Part shown: piece after piece, positions 1-19,736 of the stretch | Layout: each line of letters begins with the position of its first letter | Position numbering within the stretch: position 1 is the first letter of the stretch | Source of the DNA: the human T2T-CHM13v2.0 reference genome, Homo sapiens | Length of the DNA stretch: 64,000 nt | Strand: one strand, 5' to 3' | Assembly: GCF_009914755.1 (NCBI RefSeq) | Contig: NC_060943.1 | Notes under the pieces: model-generated | The model's database searches: none | What the model saw: only the letters and a program-made list of their open reading frames with translations | What the model was told of the DNA's origin: nothing | Program-made: the position numbers and the translations under genes

Positions 1-138
1 GGCGTGTGCCTGTAATCCCAGCTACTCGGGAGGCTGAGGCAGAACATTGCTGGAGCCTGGGAGGCGGAGCTTGCGGTGACCCGAGATCGCACCATTGCGC
101 TCCAGCCTGGGCGACACAGCGAGACTCTGTCTCAAAAA

Positions 139-177
<39 letters not shown>

Positions 178-178
178 A
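1..178 (+). mobile_element. Alu right arm with (AAAT)n tail
   Basis: Alu consensus match; TAAA microsatellite at ~134-178. Confidence 0.95.
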
Positions 179-1139
179 TCTGGCTTGAGTTTTGACAAAT
201 GTATATGCAGGGTCAATGGGAAGACAGACGCTGGAGGGTGGAAGCCTGACTGTGAGAGTGAGCCCCGTGCTTTCCTGAACAGTCAGTGGAGGAGGTCCTG
301 GGAGCTCAGGTGAGCACCTGAACGGTAGGGCAGAGCCTGAGGGTCTTGGTGGAGACAGGCAAGAAGGTTGCAGGAACCTAGTCTGGCCCAGTGCCTGGGA
401 GAACGGGAGGGAACACGGAGGCAGGGAGGCAGAGGGGTTGGCAGGACCTGGACTGGACTGTGCGTCGCAGCTACCCACAGCTTGACCCCACTGCCTTGAA
501 GTGAGTGATGCACCCTCACTAGTGTTCAGCGTCCAATTTCATCCTGGCCCTGAGTGTGTAACGGCTTTGCCCTTGCGGGGCCCCCTGGGATGAGGGGTGA
601 GCCCTGTCCCTTCCTGGTCACTGTCTGCCATCAGGAGCTGCCCCGCTTACAGCTGTGATTCAGGAGCCACTGCATTTCCTCCAGCCCCCTGGGTGCTGCC
701 AGGGGGTCCTCCTATTCTGGGAGCTGGTGTGTTCTGACTGGAGGCTGCCATGTGCAGAGTGCTGTCAAGGAGAAGGGGTGTCCACTGCCCAGCCCTGAGG
801 CCCAAGGCCTTGGCCAGCCTTGCTGCCAGCGCTGCAGGGAAAAAGCCTCCTTTGTGTGTGGGAAGTTTAATAAACTCCGCTCAGATTGTGTCTCGCAGCG
901 AGTGTCTGGAACCTTCCAGACAAGCCTCAGGCGTCCGGTCCTCCAGTTGGTGTGGAAAGCGTGGGCGATCACCAAGGGGGGTGGGTTGGGGCAGATGGAG
1001 CCGGCGTGAGTCCCGTCTCTTCCCTTCCTTCCCAGAAAGGCAGCCCTGGAGTCCATGCCTTGTCCCGCTCTCACCGGCAAAAAGTATAATCTTATTAGAA
1101 ATAGGAAAGTTCCAAAAAGCATCAATGAGTTAAAAAGAG

Positions 1140-1845
<706 letters not shown>

Positions 1846-2822
1846 AATTAATTAAAATAAAATCAGTGCCATAGGCTGTTTCTGGTAGGCAGTGGGTTCC
1901 TAGGGTGGAGCAGGGAAGGGCTGGAAAGGGTCGCCTGTGCCCAGCCCGACTCCCCGTGCTTCTCGGGGGACAGCACGGCTAGCTGCTGCTGCGGAGCCCA
2001 CAGTGGGGTTCTGGGGGGGGGGTGCAGGCAGAAGGCCGCCATGCCTCCCTCCCCCTTTCCACCCCAGTGAGAGTGGGCTCGAAGGCAGGGAGTGTGCCCG
2101 CCTTGTGGAGCCTCCGCAGAGGCACCCAGGGCTGCCGTGAGCGCACAGCCTGGCGGTGTCCCACGGCCCTGCCCTTTCCTGTCACTTCCACCTGTTGCAA
2201 AACACTGTGCTTTCGTATCTTTTCTTTCTACCTGTTTGGAAATGTGAAAATCACTGCTGCCGTAGGAAACGGGCCCAGATCCGGGCTGTGGCTCTCCCAT
2301 CCGCACCGCCCCCGCGGTGTCCAGCCAGGAGGTGGGAGGTGGGCGGCACTCAGTGTGCCTGGTTGCGGCGATGATTGGCAGATGCTTGGACCTATGGTAA
2401 AGAGGATTTTCGCGAGCTGGGAGTCAGTCCTGGACTTTGTAGGTCTTTACATCCCAGGCGGCCTTTATGGGGTTCCAGCATCTGCTGAGGCCCCTGCGCC
2501 AGCCATGTGAGGCCTGGGTGTCCTCGAGGCCTCTGTTTGTGCCCCTCTCTGGGCAGCGGGAGGGAGAGCTCTGAGACCCAGAGGGAGCTCGGGCTGGGCA
2601 GCCGCAGAACAGCGGGGGTAATGGGTCCACTGGGGGTTCTGGGCTGTGCACACAGTGGGCTTCCGGTGCCCAGCCAGCTGGGGCAGGCCTGGAATGTTGG
2701 TTCCTCTCTCAGGATCTGGGGCGCTGCTGTAGCTGTCGGGGAATCAGTGAGGCGGCTGGACGGCCCGTATATCCCACAAACGCCACCGTATTGCTCAAAC
2801 TGGACTCAATTTTCTTAACACC

Positions 2823-3842
<1,020 letters not shown>

Positions 3843-4290
3843 AAAGTTCACCTTTTTAAAGTGTGTAATTCAGTGGCATATAGTACATTGACAGAGTTGC
3901 ACAACTATCACCTCTATCAGCTTCCAGAACATTCTTGTTACCCCAGAAGGAAACCCCGTCTCTGTCAGCCATCACTCCCCATTCCCTCCCCAGTCCCGGC
4001 ACCCACGCATTCCCTTCCTGCCTCTGGATTGGCCTGTCCCGAACATTTCACACGAGTGGTGTCACACACCGCGTGGCCTTTTGCGTCCGGCTTGTCTCAC
4101 GGAGTGTGCTGTCCTCAAGGGGCATCCGCGCCGTGGCCTGGGTCCGAACCTCTCTGCTGTTCACGGCTGCGTCACTTTCCAGTGTGTGGAGGGCCACGCT
4201 GCGTTTGACTGCTCATCTGTGGCTGGACACTTGGGCTGCTCCCGCCTCTGCCTGTGAATTGTGGCTGCTTTGGTGCACGTGTGCTCAGCC
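3843..4290 (-). mobile_element. Ancient L1M 3'-end fragment
   Basis: TTAAAGTGTGTAATTCAGTGGCATATAGTACATT...CAACTATCACC...CCAGAACATT pattern typical of antisense old L1 3' ends. Confidence 0.7.
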
Positions 4291-6290
4291 GGCGTCCCTC
4301 TAGAATCCTTGAGGGCCTTGTTTCAGCCACATCAGGAGGGATTCAGGGACCAGGGCACGCGGGTCTGGAGCTGGGTGTTCCTGGGTCTCCATGTGCCTCC
4401 CAGTCCTGCTCTGAGCCGTGGGAGGCCGGGGCGAGGGCCAGGCCCATCTCTTCCCTGTATGATCTGTTTCTAGGCAGACGGAGGCTCCTAGCCCCACCTC
4501 TCTGTGAGCTTGAGTGGCGTTTATGACTCTCCTTCCTATTTCCTGTCCTGCTAATCAACAAGTCAGCTAAACAGTCCATGCTGCCTGGGCAAGCCCAGTA
4601 GGCCCCTAACGTGGCACCTCGGAGCGGCTGGCGATGCCCCAAGAGCCGGGCTTCCCCCTCCTGGAGGCTCTTCCTGTTCCTCGCCAAGCTCTTAGGTTTC
4701 GCTGGGCCTCCTCTTCTGCTCTTTTTCTGGCTGGAGACGTCAGAGGAAGCCTGGCGATCTAGAGAAGCTGATGTGCACCCATCATCCCGGAGGTGACTGC
4801 CACCAGGCGGGGGTGGCTCCACCCCCACTCCTCCCCTGGCATAAATCGGGGGACGCACGTGCCTGCGCAGAATGCCTTGGTCCCTTTTAATTAAACAGAC
4901 AACCCAGTGTCCCTTGGTCTATGCTGACCTGCTCAGGAGTGCCTGGGCTCTTCCACGTTTCAGCTGCTGTGTGTCCTGCTGCTGTGAAGTGTCCCCGTTG
5001 AGGTGGAGGCAGGGCAGGGCGCCTTCGGTGAGGGCGAGTCCTCCTGTGCCCGTTTCCCCATCTGTAGAATGATGGCTCATGGAGGAGACATGGTGTCGGC
5101 AGGTGGTGGCCGGCGCAGGGAGGTTTCCAGGAGGGAGTCCTCCACCCTCATTTGCTTTTAGGGCCGTGCAGCCTCCCGAGCGGCCCCCACGAGGCTCTGA
5201 GGCTGCATGCAGGTTGAGCTCCTGGCCTCACTGCCCCTCCTCAGGGTTAGGACTGTGCTGGAGCCTGGGTGGGTGTGGGGTGGTCCCTGCACAGGCAGCA
5301 GGAGGTGGGCCAGAGCGGTGCTGGACCTGAAGGCCCGTGGCTCCCTCAGCTCCACTGAGGAGGCTGGAATAGTGTCCTGGGCCACCTTCCCTGCCGGTAG
5401 CCGGCTCCTGCTGAGGGAGGGGGTGCTTTCGCCTCCTGGTGGAGCATCAGGCTCTTGGGGCCTGTGCGTCCGAGCATCTGGCCTCTGCTGTCTGAAAACA
5501 GCACCTTCCCCGCCCCCCGGCCACCGCATCTCCTCTGAATAGAAGGCAAGTCTTGCCTCCCAGGAATGGCCTGTGACCTTCATCAGCGGGGGAGGTTAGG
5601 GGCACACAGAGCCCTGGGGAACAAGGGGATCTGGGGCTGAGCCGGGCCTCTCGGGCCCACCCCGAGCTCTCCTGAGCAGCCTGGCAGGCAGGAAGGCGCT
5701 GGGCCCCGGGGCCTTTGCCGAGCCCAGCCTCACCCTCAGCGTCCCCCTCAATGCCCTGGGTGCCTGCCAGGCTGTGGACACAGGCCCTGGCCAGTTCTAT
5801 AAATAACCTTGCCGGGCCCTGCTGGGAATTGGTGCCACCACCACATAGCCCAGAGAGAACGGAAACACAGGGCTTCTCAGCGAGCAGACCAGGCCTGCGG
5901 TGACCAGTGGAAGTGGGGGACGCTTTCAGGGCTGGGCAGCCCGACAGGGCACCGGGCACAGCCAGGGGCCGGAACCAGTTGCTCACTGGCTCCGCTTCTG
6001 GGGGACTGTGTCCCTCTGTGCCCCGTCCCCATCACACCTTGCTTTCCCTTCATCCTGCTCTCCTAGCCCCTCCCCAGACTGGCGGCCCCTTGTCCAGGCC
6101 CAGCCCCAGCACAGCCTGCAGCCCTGGCAGAGCTCAGGCCTTGGCCTTCTGAGGTTGCCCTGAGGGCAGTGAGCAATGAGCCCTGGGACTGGTGCACTGG
6201 GAGGGAAAGGTGAGCCAAGGCTTCCTGCAAGAGGCAGCCCTGAGCTGGGGGTGGGGAAGGCTGGGTCGTGGGATACCCCTGACACCCCAA

Positions 6291-6583
<293 letters not shown>

Positions 6584-6818
6584 CCCCAGCTGTTTTTTAT
6601 GCTCCATGCTTGGGCTTCCTGTTAAGAATTAAAAAAGAAAAAAAAAACTATGGAGATGGAATTTACATACTGTACAACTCATTCGTTCACAGTGTACAAT
6701 TCAGTGGCATTAAGTACATTCACACGGCTGTGCAACCACTACTTCTAATTCCAGAACGTTCGGTCACCCCAAAAGCAAGCCCCATTCCCATTGTGTCACT
6801 CTCCATCCCCTCCACCAG

Positions 6819-6949
6819 CTCCTGGCCACTCTGAATCCACTTCCTGGCTCTGGATTGGCTTGTCCTGGATATTGCATAGAAATGGGATCCTGTCGGCCGG
6901 GCGCGGTGACTCACGAGAGCAAGAGATCCAGACCATCCTGGCCAACATG
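6819..6949 (+). CDS. STK11: STK11 alternative 131-nt exon 1b (L1/Alu chimera). ATG 6882 encodes [23 protein letters not shown] in frame with exon 2
   Basis: Pyrimidine-rich acceptor ...ctccatcccctccaccAG at 6818 and donor ATG|GTGAAA at 6950. 68 nt from the ATG plus the first G of exon 2 reads into EIQLLRR. The length matches my recollection of a described 131-nt intron-1 exon. Confidence 0.7.
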
Positions 6950-7145
6950 GTGAAACCCCATCTCTACTAAAAATACAAAAATTAGCTGGGCGTGGTTGCG
7001 GGCACCTGTAGTCCCAGCGACTCAGGGGCTGAGTCAGGAGAAATCGCTTGAACCCGGGAGGCAGAGGTTGCAGTGAGCTGAGATCATGCCATTGCACTCT
7101 GGCCTGGCGACAGAGTGAGACTCCGTCTCCAAAAAAAAAAAAACA
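6895..7145 (+). mobile_element. Alu with 44-nt internal left-arm deletion and 17-bp TSD
   Basis: TSD AGAAATGGGATCCTGTC at 6878-6894 and 7146-7162. The deletion lies between the two TCACG words of the Alu consensus. Confidence 0.92.
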
Positions 7146-7162
7146 AGAAATGGGATCCTGTC

Positions 7163-7401
7163 ATCCCAGCGTTTTCCGAGGCCGAGGTGGGCAGATGACT
7201 TGAGCCTAGTAGTTCAAACGAGACCAGCCTGGGCAGCACGGTGAAACTGTCTCTACTAAAATACAAAAATTAGCTGGGCATGGTAGCACACGTCTGTAGT
7301 CCCAGCTACTTGCGGGGCTGAGATGGGAGGATCGCTTGAGCCTGGGAGGTGCACTCCAGCCTGGGCGACAGGGAAACCCTGTCTCAAAAAAAAAAAAAAA
7401 A
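7163..7401 (+). mobile_element. Alu (older, partial)
   Basis: Alu consensus match with A tail. Confidence 0.9.
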
Positions 7402-7752
7402 GTGCATCACACACTGTGTGTCCTTTAGTGTCTCACTGTGACATCCTCAAGGTGCAGCTAGGCTGTGGCTCGAGTCAGAGCCTCACTGGTTTTTGTGGCT
7501 GAGTCTTGTTGAGTGCGTGGATGGGCTGTGCTGATCCTCGTCTGTGGAAGGGCCCCTGGGTGGTTCCACATCTCGGCTGCTGTGCGTCCTGCTGCTGTGA
7601 GCATCTCGTGCTCCGTTTCTGCGTGGCGTGTACTGTTCCTCAGGGTGTGTACCTGGGAGTGGAGCTGCTGGCTCACAGGGTAACAGACCTTTGGAGAAGC
7701 TGCAGACGCTTCCACGCCCACCCACTGGGTGTGAGGACCTTGCTCCTCGTCA

Positions 7753-8020
7753 TTTTTGTTTTTGTTTAATTTTTTCTTTTATGAGACAGGGTCTTATTCT
7801 GTTGTCCAGGCTGGAGTGCAGTAGCACGATCACAGGTAACTACAGGCTCAAGTGATCCTCCCACCTGAGCCTCCCGAGTAGCTAGGACTTGAGGCACGTA
7901 CCTCCACACCTGGCTAATTTTTGTATTTTTAGTAGAGACAGGGTTTCGCCGTGTTGCTCAGGCTGGTCTCGAACTCCTGAGCTCAGGTGATCCACCCGCC
8001 TCGGCCTCCTATAGTGCTGG
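7753..8020 (-). mobile_element. Alu
   Basis: Antisense Alu. Confidence 0.9.
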
Positions 8021-8441
8021 GAGAAATGAAGTGTCTGCGACAGGGCAGCAGCTGCAGAGGGGGCTGTGCTCTCTGGCCTGTTGTGCCCCACCCTTGTGAC
8101 AGGCAGGTGGGCGTGGCCAACTGGGCGGCAGCTGCAGAGGGGGCAGTGACAGGCGGGTGGGTGTGGCAGGACCCCACAATGTCTCTTTCTGTGGCGTCTC
8201 CTTCTTCGCCTGCCCCTTCCTATGGGCCATCCTTCCAGCTCACCTGCGGCCCACCCTCCAAGGAGTGGGACCCTCGGAGTTGGGAGCCCTTGGCTGCGTG
8301 GGACTGTACTGTGTGACGGAGCCATCACCAGGGCTCCAACTCACCCTGGCTCCTGCCACAGTCTGGGCTCCATCTGTGCTACCATTGCAGTAGTCTGGTT
8401 TCTAGGAAGCAAAACTGTTACTGAGTTACAAAGCTCAATTA

Positions 8442-8777
<336 letters not shown>

Positions 8778-8854
8778 CTACCGCCCTGAGCCTGGACGCG
8801 TGGCCCCTGCAGGGCCCTTTCCCACAGCACTGTGAACTCACAGCTTCTCTCTAG

Positions 8855-17205
<8,351 letters not shown>

Positions 17206-18150
17206 GGCTGGCCGCCTGCAGGTGGGGCGCGGCGGGGCCCGGGTGGGGCATGTGGGGACAACGCCTGGATGCCACAGCCAGCCGTGAGCATAGCCCGCGC
17301 TAGTCAGTCATGGTGACCGTCACGTGGCTGTGCGTGGTTGCCATGTGGCCTTTGGGTGGCTTGGCCACGTAGCGATCCCCGTGGAGGGTGCCGTCTCGGG
17401 GCCTGGTGTCTGGCCAGCGTGCTGGTCATGGAGGCCTACGTGTGGCGGGGCTCTGGGGGTGCGTGCCGTCCTCACAGCCACCTCTCAGAGTGGGTGCATT
17501 CCGAGGACCCTGCCCTGGGCCTGGCGCCCCCTCCCCATGCCCGCGCCGCTTCCAGGAAAGGCTTATGCTGGGCTCAGCCCAGAGGCTTTTGAGCACCAGT
17601 GGGTGGTGGGTGGTGGGGAGGGGCCGCGGCCTCCATGGCTCTGCCGGGGTGCCGCAGGCTCTGAGCCAGCTGCCAAGTATGGCTGAGGCTGAGTCGTGCC
17701 GGACGCTGCCCTGTCTCTCCCTGTGTGCCTGCCTCCTCTCCCAGCCCCAGCCCCAGCCCCGGGTGGGAGACGGAGTCCCAGAGGTGTCAGAGACCCTTAA
17801 GTCACCTGCCGAGGATGCGGGGTGGATGGGGGCCCGAGGCTGAAGCCCCTGCCTTGCCACAGCCCCTCTCCCAGGTTTTGGGGGCCACCGCCTGAGTTAC
17901 ATGTCTGTCCCCCAAATGGGTGCCCACAGCCCATCCACCAGCGTCAGAGCCCGCCAGGCCCCACTGCAAAAGGCCACACAATGTACCCCGGGAGTGACTC
18001 AAGGGTGGCCTTCCCTGGCCTCCCCTGCTGCCCCCCAGGAGTCCGGTAGCCCCATGACTGTACCTCAGCTTCTCCATCCTCCCAGGGGCCCGCGGGAGGC
18101 GGAGAACCGGTGCCCAGGCTGACCTCTTCCGTCTTCCTTCCACCCTGCAG

Positions 18151-18990
18151 CCCGTGTCCAGGAGCCCCGCCAGGTGCCCGCGCCAGGCCCTCAGTCTTCC
18201 TGCCGGTTCCGCCCGCCCTCCCGGAGAGGTGGCCGCCATGCTTCTGTGCCGACCACGCCCCAGGACCTCCGGAGCGCCCTGCAGGGCCGGGCAGGGGGAC
18301 AGCAGGGACCGGGCGCAGCCCTCCCCCCTCGGCCGCCCGGCAGTGCACGCGGCTTGTTGACTTCGCAGCCCCGGGCGGAGCCTTCCCGGGCGGGCGTGGG
18401 AGGAGGGAGGCGGCCTCCATGCACTTTATGTGGAGACTACTGGCCCCGCCCGTGGCCTCGTGCTCCGCAGGGCGCCCAGCGCCGTCCGGCGGCCCCGCCG
18501 CAGACCAGCTGGCGGGTGTGGAGACCAGGCTCCTGACCCCGCCATGCATGCAGCGCCACCTGGAAGCCGCGCGGCCGCTTTGGTTTTTTGTTTGGTTGGT
18601 TCCATTTTCTTTTTTTCTTTTTTTTTTTAAGAAAAAATAAAAGGTGGATTTGAGCTGTGGCTGTGAGGGGTGTTTGGGAGCTGCTGGGTGGCAGGGGGGC
18701 TGTGGGGTCGGGCTCACGTCGCGGCCGCCTTTGCGCTCTCGGGTCACCCCGCTTTGGCGGCCCGGCCGGAGGGCAGGACCCTCACCTCTCCCCCAAGGCC
18801 ACTGCGCTCTTGGGACCCCAGAGAAAACCCGGAGCAAGCAGGAGTGTGCGGTCAATATTTATATCATCCAGAAAAGAAAAACACGAGAAACGCCATCGCG
18901 GGATGGTGCAGACGCGGCGGGGACTCGGAGGGTGCCGTGCGGGCGAGGCCGCCCAAATTTGGCAATAAATAAAGCTTGGGAAGCTTGGAC
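18151..18990 (+). other. STK11: STK11 non-coding exon 10 (3' UTR); end approximate
   Basis: Exon 9 donor at 17222, 16 nt after the stop. Acceptor ccttccaccctgcAG at 18150. AATAAA at 18636-18641 and tandem AATAAATAAA at 18964-18973. Confidence 0.9.
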
Positions 18991-19736
18991 CTGGCCGTCT
19001 GGGTTTTGTTCGCGTCTCAACGTGGATGGGGCGGCAGCGGGGCGGGCGCCGTTGACATGCGGAGGGCAGTGGGGACTCGGGGCGCGGGAGGGCCGGGGCC
19101 GGCTCCCTCAGGGCCGGCGGCAGCAGCGGTGGCGGCGCGGTTATTGCTCGGAGGCGGCGCGGGCTGCCGCCAGCACACGCCGCAGTGAGGTAAACGGTCT
19201 CGGAGGTCGGCAGTCACGGTGTTGAGCCGCCTCCCGGCCCAGGGCGGCGAACTCGTCTGCGACCGTTAGCGCCCCGCGGCCCCCGCCCGGGCGAGCTCGC
19301 GCACGCGCCCGGCACGCGGCGGCTCCATCGGGCCCAGTGGGCTGCGCGACCCTCGGGTGGCGGGCCCTGCGACTAAGCGGCCGCCCCGTCCGGGACTGAG
19401 GGCGAGTGATCGTTGTCCTCAGGAGCCCGAAGCTGAGAGCCGTTCACGCCCCTTCCTTCCCGCCCAGCCGGGGTCTCCGCGGCCCGCGCCTCACGACGCC
19501 CAGCACCCGGCAAGCACCGGAAAGAGCAGTGCGCACTTCGGCGGCGCGAGGGCGGCCGGGGCTCTGCGCCTGCGCCCTGAAGCGGCGAGCGCGCCTCCGT
19601 CGCCCGGCGCGTGCGCGAAGGGCCCGCGGTCCCCGCGCATTCGCGTCGGGGCGTCGCGCCCCCACGTCTCTCCCGCCGCCGAGGCCCCGTGCGGCGCCGG
19701 AGAAGCTGCCAGAGAGATGGGCCCAGGACGCGGGAC

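Larger units (their letters stand above)
6640..7745 (-). mobile_element. Ancient L1M fragment interrupted by two sense Alus
   Basis: GTACAATTCAGTGGCATTAAGTACATTCACAC similar to the 3843 fragment; resumes after 7401. Confidence 0.65.

Noticed and set aside
17206-18150. 3' UTR intron making STK11 an NMD target
   Set aside because: The stop is only 16 nt upstream of the last junction, inside the 50-55 nt rule.
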